Assembly: GCF_009914755.1 (NCBI RefSeq)
Contig: NC_060927.1
Origin: the human T2T-CHM13v2.0 reference genome, Homo sapiens
Reading direction: 5' to 3' (one strand)
Length of the DNA: 64,000 nt
The notes beneath the pieces are model-generated. The model was not told the origin of the DNA, made no database searches, and worked only from the letters and a program-made list of their open reading frames with translations. Each line of letters opens with the position of its first letter. The first letter of the stretch is position 1. The position numbers and the translations under genes are program-made. This document shows positions 42,850 through 62,524 of this stretch, piece after piece.

Positions 42850-43161
42850 TCAGCGTTCTGTTAGGAATCTAATTGCACAGCAGTAGGTGAGCAGCCACTG
42901 AGCGAGCTTTACCGCCTCAACTCCACCTCCTGTCAGATCAGCGCACATTAGGTTCTCATAGGAGCATGGACAGCACATATGAGGGATATCTAGGTTGTGG
43001 CTGCTTATGAGAATCTAATGCCTGATGATCTGAGGTGGAACAGTTACATCCCCAAACCATCCCATCCCCGACCAGTCCCCCACCAGCCCCCCACCCAGAC
43101 CTGTGGGAAAATTGTCTTCCATTAAACCGCTCCCTGGTGCCAAAAAGGTTGGGGACTGCTG
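42850..43161. mobile_element. MER1B (hAT-Charlie) fossil, one end lost at junction with truncated Alu
   Basis: CTCCTGTCAGATCAGC, GAGAATCTAATGCCTGATGATCTGAGGTGGAACAG and terminal TGCCAAAAAGGTTGGGGACTGCTG. Confidence 0.85.
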
Positions 43162-44664
43162 CGTAGAATACTAGAGCTTCTCAAAACAGTTTATATATTT
43201 TTATTTTTTGAGATAGGGTCTTGCTGTGTTGCTGAGGCTGTAGTGCAGCAGCACAGTCATGGCTCACTGCAGCCTGGACATCCTGGGCTCAAGTGATCCT
43301 TCTACCTCAGCCTCCCTAGTAGCTAAGACTGCAGGCACACACCATCACACCTAATTTTGGTATTTTTTGTGGAGATAATGTTTTATCCTGTTGCCTGGGC
43401 TGGTTTCAAACTCCTGGGTTCAAGCCATCCTCTTGCTTCAGCCTCCCGAAGTGCTGAGATTACAGGCATGAGCCACCATGCCCAGCTCAAAACACAGTTT
43501 AAAAGCTGTTAATTCCTAACGACCTGGATCTAGTGTGCTGCTGCTGTCTACAAGGCCAATGAAATAATGAGGACCTTGAGACAGATTTACTGGAAATAAA
43601 ATATTAATAGAATCTTTTCTAAAACCATTTGGTTTGTTAGTACTTACTATATTATATATAGTGTTTGAGGCTGTGCCTCAAGAAGGACAAAATATTACTG
43701 GAAAAGAGGGGCTAAAATAATCCAGGGGTTGGAAGGAGATGCTGATACAAAGGCAAATGAAAAGTACTGATGTCTCAAAAACCATGTATGTATTGGTAAA
43801 CTCAAATTTATTTGACAAAATAGTGTACTTGACTTGAAGATACCCAAAGCTTAGAAGCACTAAATCAATAAAGAAAAGGAATCATTCCTACCTTACACAG
43901 CAAGTACTCAATTCATGGAAGTCATTTTGCTAAAATTACAATATAGATTTAATTCAAGCTTATAAAACATACTTAAATTTATAAATACTCTGTTTAAGGA
44001 AACCTGGGATGGTTTAGAATATAGAATCTTAGGGGAGCACTCCCCAGTGTAACTTAGAAGTGTGTCTTAGGCTGCAATCCTCAAGAAAAAATAAAAAATT
44101 ACCGGGTGCGGTGGCTCACGCCTGTAATCCCAGCACTTTGGGAGGCCGAGGCAGGCAAATCACAAGGTCAGGAGTTCAAGACCAGCCTGGCCAACATGGT
44201 GAAACCCTGTCTCTACAAAAATACAAAAAATTAGCTGGGCATAGTGGCGGACACCTGTAATCCCGGCTACTTGGGAGGCTGAGGCAGGAGAATCACTTGA
44301 GCCTGAGAGGCAGAGGCTGCAGTGAGCTGCCTGCTGCACTCCAGCCCGGTGACAGAGTGAGACTCTGTCAAAAAAAAGAAAAGGAAAAAAATCTTAGAGT
44401 AGGAAGGGATGATGGAATAATGGAGAATATTTAATATAACTTGGTCATCTTATAAATAACCCCAAAGAGATCAAGTCACTTCCCAAGATTACACAAAAAA
44501 TGATAAAGCAGAGGCAAAAGCTCAGACTTTTCTTAATCTAGAGGCCTTTTGTCTTGATGCTCATGGCATGTATTATATTTTAATTTACACATGTAGGAAT
44601 ACGTATTAAAGTTTAATCCTCAAAATTATGCCATGTGATAGATACTATGATTGTCTACATTTTA

Positions 44665-44937
<273 letters not shown>

Positions 44938-45655
44938 CTACATCGTGCCACAGGTTCCATACTCCATATAGCTGTGTGGACTTTTGTAAGTTACTTAACC
45001 TGTCTGAGCTGCATAGTGTTGGGGACACAAACTCACCAACAGATTATTTTAACATAATGTGAGAAATGCATGATAGAAGTGGCATTGAGTACTGTGGAAA
45101 TTTGGGGGTGCACAGAAAGATAAATTGTGGACAAATTTGAAGGACAAGTTATGAAATGTGGCCTTGACCCTTAGACATTCATTGTTGAAATATTAAGAGG
45201 AACTGATAAAGTATTTTAGGAAGAATAATCTGTGGTTTAGAGAGAACAAGAGTGGAGGCCAGGAGGTTATTTGAGAGGAATGAAATGTTGTGGACCCTCA
45301 AGTGGGTGATGGCAGCGGGAAACGTAAAGGAAGGGGTATATGTGAAAGATGCTGTGGAAGAAGACTCAGTGGGACTTAATAGTTAATTAGCTATGGAGGG
45401 AAGAGTTAATGATGACAGTCCATTAAGAGAAATGTGAGCTGGGCGTGATGGCTCACGCCTGTAATCCCAACACTTTGGGAGGCTGAGGCAGGAGGATGGC
45501 TTGAGAGTGGGAGAATGGCTTGAGGCCGAGAGTTAGAGACCAGCCTGGGCAACAGAGGGAGACCCTGTCTCTGTGAAAAATAAAAATAAATTAGTAGGGT
45601 GTGGTGATACACACCTGTGGTTTCAGCTACTTGGGAGGCTGAGGTGAGAGGATTA

Positions 45656-45811
<156 letters not shown>

Positions 45812-46508
45812 CTATATAAACCATGGATTTTTTGCATATAAGCCATTTAATAAATATCTTACTGATTGGTTCACCTGTCATATAAAGATACTAATTTGCC
45901 CTACCTTTCTCTTATTTGTGAAAAGAAAATGTACATAAAAGCTCTGTGAACTTTAAAGTTCATTTTGTGTCAAGTACTTTTCTAGGTATTGTACGGACTA
46001 AAAGAAAGGCCTGACCAGCACTCTCATAGTCTAGTAATTCTTTCCTAATATTTTAGTTTCACAGCTCTAATACTTTATAATAATCAAATATTTCATTACC
46101 CATAAGTGTGAATATTTAAGCTAAATTGTACCATTCTCAGTGTGAGCAGTATTACCCCCAAGGGGGCAAAGATTGTTTCTTAGAAGATGAAAAAAAATGT
46201 ACCCTTTCTTGTGTAAAGAACAGATATACATACATTAAGGTAAATAGATACACAATTTCTCTGTGGTATTACAATTTTATTGAGGGAAGACTATTAGGAA
46301 GAAAATACCTAAAAAGGCTCCGTGGATTGTGATGGTGGTAGGGGATGATGATTTTTTAAAAGGTTCAGAAACTCTGAGCTAAATATATTGCAATTATATT
46401 TATTTAGCAAGGGCATTTTAAAGAGAAGAGATCCCTTAATTCTTTAGCCAACTACTTCAAAATTCAGACTTTTGATAATTAAGATTTTTCCATGTATTTT
46501 ACATATAG

Positions 46509-46697
46509 GTATATGTTGTCGGTGGCTATGATGGGCAAAACAGACTTAGCAGCGTAGAATGTTATGATTCCTTTTCAAATCGATGGACTGAAGTTGCTCC
46601 CCTTAAGGAAGCCGTGAGTTCTCCTGCAGTGACTAGCTGTGTAGGCAAACTGTTTGTGATTGGTGGAGGACCTGATGATAATACTTGTTCTGATAAG
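46509..46697 (+). CDS. KLHL24: KLHL24 exon 6 (Kelch repeats; absent from ORF track)
   Basis: catatag|GTATAT...AAG|gtaagc; 189 nt; VYVVGGYDGQNRLSSVECYDSFSNRWTEVAPL...CSDK. Confidence 0.96.
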
Positions 46698-47770
46698 GTA
46701 AGCCATGCACTTTTAAAGAAATTACCAATATTAAGTACAAGAAGGGAAATACAGAAGGCTTATCAAGTAGGTAGCCAGGTCACATAGTGTGAGGGGTCTT
46801 TTAAAAATTTTCTGGTACTATATGCTTTTGGAGAAAAACATTGAATTCTGGGTTGCTAAAGTGAGACTCTAGTATATCTAACAATTTGCTCTAACAAATG
46901 TGATCCAATCTTTTTGAAATGAGACTATCTGTGTAGAAGTTTTCTACTAAATAAATTGTTCTGAGCCTTTGCTGTCATCTACAAAATCTAAAAACTATTT
47001 ATACAAAACACAGTTGAGAAGTGAATTAGCAAAGGGTAAGACATAGTAACTAAATATGCTGCTTCCAACTGGGTCATTTTCTACATACTTTTGAAGTATT
47101 TTTCAGAAAAAAGGAAAGGAAACCTCCTTAGTGTAAATAGAGGATGGCTCAAAGTTGTTCCGGTTCAGTAAACTTCTGGGACGAAAGAATATGTGCTATC
47201 CTGACATCTCAGGAAATGTTTATTCTGGAAAAAAGCATCTAATGCCTAGCTGGTTTAGCACTGTTAACTGAATTTTGTCAGTCTATTAATTCTTTTTCTA
47301 AATTCAGTTTAAAATAATGTGATCAAATGTTACTTATTTAGAATTTGTTATTTCAGAATTTGTGATAATTCAGAGCATACTGATTGAATTGAGGTTTACT
47401 TGTTTTCTTTTGAAGAAAGGACTCCCTAAAAGCATTAAGAAGTTATATTCAGATGTGAGGCATAGTTATCCTACATAACACAATTGTGAAAAGATTTAGA
47501 CTGTTAATTTTAGTGGACAAACCTGGTGGCCATTCATTCTAGAAACAATCTGTGTGTTTGGTACTCTATTCTGCTTGATAGTAATAAATTTGCATTTTAT
47601 TTGAGAATGTTCGTAATTCAGACATTTCACTATCAGGCTAACCTCTCTTAATTCTCTGAATTAATAGGATTTTATTTTAAATAATGTTTGTAGGTATTGG
47701 TAGATTCTTTATTAAGTACATTTCCATTTTTGTTTAGAAATTTTAATTATATATTTTTATATGTTATTAG

Positions 47771-47959
47771 GTTCAATCTTATGATCCAGAAACCAATTCT
47801 TGGCTACTTCGTGCAGCTATCCCAATTGCCAAAAGGTGTATAACAGCTGTATCCCTAAACAACCTGATCTATGTTGCCGGTGGACTGACCAAGGCAATAT
47901 ACTGTTACGATCCAGTTGAAGATTACTGGATGCACGTACAGAATACATTCAGCCGTCAG
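47771..47959 (+). CDS. KLHL24: KLHL24 exon 7 (Kelch repeats; absent from ORF track)
   Basis: ttattag|GTTCAA...CAG|gtaata; 189 nt; VQSYDPETNSW...IYVAGG...YDPVEDYWMHVQNTFSRQ. Confidence 0.96.
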
Positions 47960-48057
47960 GTAATAACATAAAGCAGTACAAAAGAAAAATAAATCTAAGA
48001 GGGACCAAGTACATAATCATTATTAATACACTGGAATTTCAATTTTAAAATATTTCA

Positions 48058-48705
<648 letters not shown>

Positions 48706-49149
48706 AAAATATTTCATGTTTGCTTGAATTATTTTATATATTTTTCAAAACTCCACATAAAGCATATGGCAACCTGTTTTGAACTCCTTCCAAGGGGTCA
48801 TTTTATTGAAATAACTTCCTTTTTACCATCCCATGGAGAAGTATCTGTTACACTTGGGCTGTTCTTTTTTTTTTCTCTTGACTTTTTTCACAATCCTACT
48901 CCAGTATTTATCCCCTCTCTTTCATATTTCAGAAGAGAGGAATGTTCCCAAACTTGTTGTTTCTTTGGTTAGAGGCTGGGAAATCTGTTATTTCTGTTGT
49001 AAAGGAAATGGCTGTGCTCACCTTTCTTTCATCCATGTATTCTAACCGGAGCCCTACTCCCTACCCACACTGCCACCTCCCAAAAGGCCTTTTCCCCACC
49101 TTTTGATTCATGGCTCCTTTTCCTTCCACCCCCAAAATGCTTGATGGTT

Positions 49150-50655
<1,506 letters not shown>

Positions 50656-51130
50656 GAAGTACCAGAGGGACTTAATTTTAAGATAATCTTATTTGCAAGA
50701 TACATTAGAGATACAGCATAGATTATAAGGATAGTGAATAGGGTTTGAATATAAAACCACTTTTCTAAAGTTGTTGACATTGAGGTATAGTCTCCAATTA
50801 GTAATATATATGCAGTAACATTGCCCCAGTTAATGAAAGGGACATAATAGGCACTTCAGCTCCATGGTACAGAATGAGTATTACGTTTTCTCCCTCTCAT
50901 ATCACATGTAAGTAAAAATAAATCACATTTCTCCAGCTCAGGGACCTCCCCTGGAAAACCATTCTCCAGCCCTACAGAAGCGACAGTGTACCCTACTTGC
51001 ATGAGAATCCTCATGTGGTCAAGTATTGAGACTTATTTCTAATTTTTAAAAAATCTAAGCTGCTTTTTATTGGTTTATTTCAGTGAAGATTGTAAAGAAT
51101 GATGCATTTTTATTAAGAATTACTGCTCAA

Positions 51131-53659
<2,529 letters not shown>

Positions 53660-53993
53660 TAGCTTAGAATCCCATTGTGTGGGAAGTTAACTGTAAGATG
53701 TTATTTGAGACATTTCTATGGCCCAGCCAAGGCTCCTAATAACAGTGTTTTGTTAACTTAGTTATAAATTTTTTCCTCATTCATTCATTCAATTTTTGGG
53801 TAATCCCATATAATGAATATTGTTCCTACTCCTTGGTCATGTAACCGCCACTTTCTATAATAACCTTCCTGTAATAGGAGAAGCAAGCCAGGCTCTTTAA
53901 AGATGCTTTTGCTTAACTACCATTAAGTTAAAACCCTTTTATCAGTCCACATCCTACCTCCCACATCTTGGCCCCAATTACTAACATATAATC

Positions 53994-54348
53994 TTTTTTT
54001 TTTTTAACTTTTATTTTAAGTTCAGGGGCACAAGTGCAGGTTTGTTACATAGGTACACTGTGTCATGGGGGTTTGTTGTACAGATTGTTTCATCATTCAG
54101 TTCTTAAGCCCTAGTACCCATTAATTTTCCTGATCCTCTTCCTCCCCCAACTCTGCACCTTCTGAAAGGCCCGTGTGTGTGTTGTTCCCCTCTATGTGTC
54201 CCTGTGTTGTCATCATTTGGCTCCCACTTATAAGTGAGAACATGCAGTATTTGGTTTTCTGTTCCTGTGTAAGTTTGCTAAGGGTAATGGCCTCCAGCTC
54301 CATCCACGTCCCTACAAAGGACATGATCTCGTTATTTCTTGTGGCTGC
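53994..54348 (-). mobile_element. L1PA 3'-end fragment
   Basis: Poly(T), then TTTTAAGTTCAGGGG...CTCCCACTTATAAGTGAGAACATGCAGTATTTGGTTTTCTG; ORF 54121-54417 carries L1 ORF2 C-terminal residues (SFVGTWMELEAITLSKLTQEQKTKYCMFSLISG). Confidence 0.9.
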
Positions 54349-54564
54349 TACTGACATAGCATCTATCTTGAAATTCATTTCATTCATGCAAAGTTGTCCA
54401 GCGCTTACACAGAACACAGAGAGCAGAGTTGGGCCAAAGGACCTTAGCTTTTATCATGTCTCCCTTTTTTTTGACTGTGCTAAAGCATTATTTTGCTTTT
54501 CTGTTTGTTACCAAATCCTTTATCTTCAATGGTTAATTTTTTGTTTATATATTTGGTTAAACAG

Positions 54565-54765
54565 GAAAACTGTGGTATGTCTGTGTGTAATGGTAAAATA
54601 TATATCCTGGGCGGAAGACGGGAAAATGGAGAAGCCACAGACACTATTCTCTGTTATGATCCTGCAACAAGTATCATCACAGGGGTAGCTGCAATGCCCA
54701 GGCCAGTGTCCTATCATGGCTGTGTGACTATTCATAGATACAATGAGAAATGCTTTAAACTCTGA
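54565..54765 (+). CDS. KLHL24: KLHL24 exon 8 coding part (last Kelch repeat, stop TGA)
   Basis: aaacag|GAAAAC; ENCGMSVCNGKIYILGG...YDPATS...EKCFKL*; total CDS 1803 nt. Confidence 0.96.
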   Translation, partial: ENCGMSVCNGKIYILGGRRENGEATDTILCYDPATSIITGVAAMPRPVSYHGCVTIHRYNEKCFKL

Positions 54766-55624
54766 AGACAGGATACCTCACCGAAGAAGCCACACTGATC
54801 CAAGATGGGAGGTTTTAAAAACTCTACAGTGGGAACTTCACATATCTCCTTTGTGCCATATGCAAAAAATAGTAAAAATAATAATTTGGTGCCTTTCTCC
54901 TCAAAATATCAATCTTTCAAACTATAATAAAGCCTTTCCTATAATTGAAAAAAAAAACTTTTTTGTTAAAGGTAATGGTGGTTGTTACTTGGCCTTTGAA
55001 GAGTGTACCTTTGTAAGTATTTGTAAGAAGTCTATGTGAATTAGGAAATGTCTGTCTGCATACCTTTTAGGAGCGTGTGAATGGTGTCTTCACTTATTAT
55101 GTATGTTTATCTGTATGTATATTCCTTATTTTGTCATATATGTAGAGAAAATTGCATGACTTGAGGCATCATTTAGGTTGAAGAAGTTAATGCTTAGGAT
55201 GCATTCTAGGAGAAAAAATCAGTTTTAAAAACCTTTGTTGTTAACAAAGTATATCCAGATTGGTTAATTTTATTGAAGGGTTTTTTTCTGTAATTGATAA
55301 AAATGTAATGACAACAATTCAGGCATCATAAAATACTGAACTATTGTGACTTTATTCTTAGAATTGCTGTCTTACATTAAACATGTTTTTAGGGGGAAGT
55401 TAGGTAGGAGATAGAAAAATAAGTGCCCCTACAAGGGGGATTAAAATTACAAGTTAATTCCTAAGAGAAAAATGGAATGGCCTTTGAAGGAAAAATGACC
55501 CACTATGGCTCTCAAAGTTTTTATGCATCATCTCTTCAATCCTCTAAGAAAGCCTCTTTTCTTAACTTGATAAAGCAGTGGAAACCCATTTTGCAATATT
55601 GTTTTGTGAAAAACAGGGACAGAC

Positions 55625-55792
55625 AGCCAGGTACAGAGACTCACACCTGTACTCCCAACTACTCAGCAGGCTGGGGCAGGAGGATTGCTTGAGCCCAGGA
55701 GTCTGAGGCTACAGTGAGCTATGAACGCACACGGCACCCTAGCCTGGGCAACAGGTTGCGACACTGTCTCAAGAGAAAAGAAAAAGAAAAAT
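55625..55792 (+). mobile_element. Old Alu monomer (FRAM/FAM-like) in 3' UTR
   Basis: GGAGGATTGCTTGAGCCCAGGAG...CAGTGAGCTATGA...AGCCTGGGCAACAG and A-rich tail. Confidence 0.8.
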
Positions 55793-58342
55793 AGGGATAG
55801 GTTTTCCTTCCTAGCCCAGTAGAGTTTGACCTCATTAGTATGGTGCTTTGGGTGAGGACCTCTTCCTTGATTATCCCACTTTCTAGTGAACAGCTAAAAT
55901 TCCTGAGAGTCTCTACTGTTAAGGTACCTTTAATAGGATAAAGCAGGGACCACCTATCTCAGTGGGTCCATTTTTCTTTTAAAATTAGTTATCTGAAAAA
56001 ACTTAGCAGTAGTTCCCATCTTTAAGGTAAGTCTTTCATTTGGTCCCCATTGTGTAAAATACTAATCAACATTTTCAAGCTTCTGTACAACAGACTGCTT
56101 TTGTCTAGATTTCTCAACTCCACTTTATAAAGCTTATCAGTTTTCAGAGAGGAATGTGAATTTTTTTTCTAATGCAAATAAATGGATATGGCAGGAACTA
56201 CAGCATAAGTGATTATTGTGATTCTGGGTGGACGGATATAATTTACAACATTTAGGGATGTTCTAGGTAGCCTGCTGTAGTTTGACTTCCAGTCACTGTT
56301 GTCTTTCACATTATAATTTGTATATTTCTTGTGATAGAAGGGATGATGCAAATATGTAATTAAAGTGTCACCAGATTTCTGTTAAAACCAAGGTTGAAAT
56401 AAAAAGCCTAACATTGGTAAGCTACATTGTTTTCTCATTTTAGAATGATTCAGAGATTTCAGATAGACATTTTTTAAACTTTAATGCTTAGCTAGAATCT
56501 ACATTCTGAGGAAAACTCTAAAAAACTTAAAAATTTTTAGGGAATTTTTATTTTTCAAATCATAATTTTAAAATGATAGATACCATTTTGTGATAACAAC
56601 AATTCAGAAAACAATTTTCTATCCTCTTAGTTGAAAGAATGTAGGTACAGTTTGGATACTTGTACTTTAATTTTAGAGTAAACATCTGCATTATACTCTT
56701 ATAGATAATAGAATTATTTAGTTAAGAAATTCTTTACAGTAAATGAGATAATGTGTGAAAAAGTATTTTGTAAATGCTGAGGATTCTACAAATGATAGTT
56801 GTTATTTTCATGTGTATTTGTAAGATCATGTCCATTTCATGAATATAGGACTTCACATAAAAAAAGACTTTCTCAAGACAACTTTATATTCTAGTATTTT
56901 TCTGTTGTAAAAAGTATTAACTATTTACTTTTATTTTGTTATACATTTATTTTAATATCCATGTGTTTATTATAGTAAATTTGAAATGAAATCCTGAAAA
57001 ACAGAATTTTTTTAAACACAGACCTCACACCAATATTAATTTTTTCTCTACATAATTTAAAACTACATAAATTAAGTACTTAAAATTTATATTGAAGGCC
57101 ACCAAGAACTTAGGTTGAATCTTAGAAAATTTAAATAACTATTTTTAAAGTTACCCAACTTAATATTTTAATTTTTTAATATTTATCTTCCTTTACTAAT
57201 TCTTGATAAATAATAGCATTAGACTTGATAAAATAAAAAAGAATTTTAGAGTAGAATTAATATATCAAAAGGGGTATATCAACCAAATTGGTGTCAGATT
57301 GTATTCATTCTCTCATCACATAAAGATTTTTCTTTTGATAGGTGATGCTCATATGAACCTTTGGTTTAGAATCTATATATGTACATGTGTATGTATGTAG
57401 ATAGTATGGTTGTATACACACATATATACCAAACACCATGAATTTTAGCAGTCTGTGATGATCAGCAAAAAAGCACATAAAGTAAAAATTAGTTGACCAT
57501 GCTAAATTCAATTCTGGAATTTTTTTTTATTTGGGCATTTCTAGAACTTTTTACATTTGAAAGTACATGATGAGTATTAGTAACGATGACTTATGTATAA
57601 TCAGAATCTTTATGACAATTTAGTTTTACAAGGTCAGAAGAGATGAGTTTGCTAAACCCAGCTGTGATACCTCAGTTGGAAAGGGAATTCAAAGGTATGC
57701 TTTGTAGAACAGAAAAGTATAGTTTTTTTTTCATGAACTTTAATCATTTTCTGTTTTTCCTCTATGTGAGTCAGCTACAAAAGTGGTCTAATTTTTACAA
57801 CAGTAGAACTTCCTCCTTTTCTACTGTAATCTTCCCACTGACTTTACTGCACAGGTATGAAATACTAGTGTATTGGATCTTCAGTAACCTTTTTATTTCC
57901 TAGATGATTGAAATATAGGTATTTACTCCATTTAAACCAGGTGATAAGATGATGTAAATACTCAGGGAGGGTATTAACTTGTTACTTTTGCTCGTTTGGG
58001 GTGTAAAGTGCCATGACTGAATAATCTTCAATTCATGATTCTAGAGTAAGTTTAATTTGGAAAAAGGGGCTTCACACATGGTGGTGGTTGAACATTGATT
58101 CTTTTATACTTAAAAAGATGAAAATGTTTTGTGGACTGATACATTTTATCTTACTGAATATGAATTGTTTATGTATCTCTACTGTCAAATAGCCTTTTTG
58201 AAACTCAGGAAAGACAAAGGTTCAATTACACCACTTTTGTCAATAAGCAAACCAGGTATTTTTTTTTTCTCCTGTTGTCTGGATATGGCAATAGATTTTT
58301 TAAATTGCTGTGAGAACCCATATATGAAAAGAGAGGAGTTGA

Positions 58343-58709
<367 letters not shown>

Positions 58710-59933
58710 CTGTATTTTCAGAGAGGAGAGCTTGGTGTTTTTGTGGTGCCAAGTGGTAAGATAATGTCTCTTTGAGGCTTCCTATGGACTGCCTTTATTT
58801 TAGTAAACTCAAGACACCAGTTAACCTCAACAGAGTTTTGGCCTTATTAGAATTTGTTGTGCATCTTATTGAAAGCCAGGTTTACATCACCTCACCCCAT
58901 TATTCTTTTTAGTTAAATAAATTTACCATGCCAAGTAACCAGAATGGAGCAAATTGGTTGATCTTTAAGGCAGTAGGTTTGACTAGCTAGCTATCATTAT
59001 TGTCACATCTAATGCTAGGCACCAGAAACCATTTGAGCCAGGAGTGTGAATGAATAATTCCAGAGACACTTTAGACATTTTTTAATGTTTTATATGAACA
59101 TTTTACATTTGTGTGATTGCCTTAGATATTAAATTTTCCTAGTGCTGATAAAAACAGCAACATTCATAACTTATTTTATATATTGTTCCAAAGAAAAGAA
59201 TTTGTTTTAATGGTTTCAAAATAACTGCACCTGAATTTGTTTATGTGCCTTAAGTTCTCTAGTGCTATTTCAACTTTTTTTTCAATCTAAATGAAGCTTA
59301 CCTTAGATAAGGTTCATATTTGTTTCCTATAGAGTAAATAAACTTCCCCTTCTTAAATTGTGTAATAAGCACCAACGTGTGGTTGCTTGGCAGAATGAGA
59401 ATGTTAAGGGAGATTGTTGGATGTTTGGAGTTTCATTATATTTTTTGTTTTTATTTTTTGATACCTAGGTGCTTTTTAAAATATTCAGACAAATATCTAT
59501 CTTACATTGATTAAACCCGTGTAAATTCATTTGCAGTATCTACATCGAATGTCAAAAAAGTATACTTATTTTTGTTCCATACTTATGTACAATTTTTTCC
59601 CTCTTCAGGCTTTTTCATTTACCTTTTTGAAAAAGCACTTACTCTCCCCTTCCCTATCACCCCTCCCCCAAGGTTTCTTTATTTAAATTTTTATTGAGAG
59701 TTGTTGGAGCTCTAAGACAATACAAATTTAGAGTTGAACAAAAGTATAATCTGCTTTACAACTAGTATAGACCTAAGGTCATTTGCTTTCAATTAGAGGC
59801 TCCAGAGTCTTCATAGTGGAAAGAATGCTTTGTATTTAATTGTTCTTAGTTAAGTTGTAGCACGTGAATACTTACTTACATGTTTTGTTTAAATATACTT
59901 CTTGCATAGTTTAATTTTTTAAAAGTTGTATCT

Positions 59934-60020
59934 AATAAAATGTCTTTTAACCATTATTACTTGACTATATGGTTGTATTAAATTTTGTTTACGAAAAATT
60001 TGTTGTTCTGTTTTATTTTA
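59934..60020 (+). terminator. KLHL24: Distal polyadenylation region
   Basis: AATAAA 59934-59939, ATTAAA 59977-59982, then GU/U-rich element TGTTGTTCTGTTTTATTTTT 60001-60020. Confidence 0.7.
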
Positions 60021-60289
60021 AGTATATTTAAGGGGTTGTGCAAAAAAGAGATGGGGAAAATACTGGATATATTAATATATGTGTGTATTTACTGGTATGT
60101 CCATAAAATAACTGGAAGGATAAATAAGAAACTGAAAATATTAGTGTGTAAGAGGAAAGGAAATGGTGGCTGAAGGACAAGTAAAAATGAAACTTTACTG
60201 CATACGTATATGTGTGTAATTATAAATACATATAAAATCAATTTTTTAGTCTGAAACACACGAAAGTATTCCCTATTCAAAAAAAAAAA

Positions 60290-61360
60290 TTTTTTTTTTC
60301 TTTTTTTGAGACGGAGTCTCACTCTGTCACCCAGGCTGGAGAGCAGTGGTGCAGTCTTGGCTTACTGCAACCTCTGCCTCCTGGGTTCAAGCGATTCTCG
60401 TGCTTCAGCCTCCTGAGTACCTGGGACTACAGGTGCATGCCACCACGCCCGGCTAATTTTTCTTTTTATATTTTTAGTAGAGACAGGGTTTCACCGTGTT
60501 AGCCAGGATGGTCTCGCTCTCCTGACCTCGTGATCCTCCCGCCTCAGCCTCCCAAAGTGCTGGGATTACAGGTGTGAGCCACTGCACCCAGCCTCTTCTA
60601 TTATACTTTAAATTTTCTGTTTAAAAAAAAATGACCTGGCTGGGCACAGTGGCTCACGCCTGTATTCCCAGCACTTTGGGAGGCCAAGGCGGGAGGATCA
60701 CGAGGTCAAGGGATTGAGAACATCCTGGCCAACATGGTGAAACCCCATCTCTACTAAAAATACAAAAATTAGCTAGGCATGGTGGTGTGTGCCTGCAGTC
60801 CCAGCTACTTGGGGAGGCTGAGGCAGGAGAATCGCTTGAACCCAGGAGGCGGAGGTTGCAGTGAGCCAAGATCGAGCCACTGCACTCCAGCCTGGGCGAC
60901 AGAGCGAGACTCCGTCTCAAAAAAAAAAAATAAATAAAATAACCTGCTGTCTTAATGGAATGTGGAGGGAAATGGACTATACCTGCCTTCTGCTTCTCTG
61001 CTATTTATTAACTGATAATGGAGACAGAAGGGATAGTTTCCTCCTAATTATGTTAGGATATATTTTTTTTTTTCGAGACAGGATCTCACTGTGTCACCCA
61101 GATTGAACTGCAGTGGCACAATCATGGCTCATGGCAGCCTCAATTTCCTGGACTCAGGTGATTCTCCTACCTTAGCATCCCTAGTAGCTATAGGACTACA
61201 GATTCATGCCACCACGCCTAGCTAATTTTTAAATTTTTTGTAGATACAGGGGGTCTTGCTGTGTTGCCCAGGCTGCTCTCAAACTCCTGACTTCAAGTGA
61301 TCCTTCTGCCTTGGCCTCCCAAAGTGCTGGGATTACAGGCATGAGCCACAATGCCCAGCT
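60290..61360. mobile_element. Downstream Alus: ~60290-60593(-), 60638-60935(+), 61062-61360(-)
   Basis: Alu consensus matches. Confidence 0.9.
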
Positions 61361-61693
61361 CACATAAATCTCCTATACAAAATATAGATATCAACATTGT
61401 ACAAGGAGTATAAATTAAGAGTCAGAAAAATCATATGAGCCTTCCCAGCTATCAGATTATCATATCAATCAATATTAAGATTTTTTCCTTTAAAACAGAC
61501 TGCCTGCATTTTGGGTCACAAAAACTCAGACTCATTCAATATACAAACTCTGGCTACCCAAATACTCTACATGGTCTTATCTATAGCAAATAGAATACAA
61601 AGCAGCAAGGAAAATTCCCTGATAGTTTCTTCTCTTTTTGTTTTTGTTTTTGTTTTTTTTATAATGAGAACAGTTCTTTAGGCACATTTATGA

Positions 61694-62524
<831 letters not shown>

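Noticed and set aside
54121-54688. 98-aa (-) and 171-aa (+) ORFs near the last exon
   Set aside because: L1 3'-end remnant and an off-frame overlap with exon 8
54751-54762. C-terminal CFKL as a CaaX or PTS1 signal
   Set aside because: Lys at the a2 position disfavours prenylation and FKL is not a canonical mammalian PTS1; no support from sequence alone
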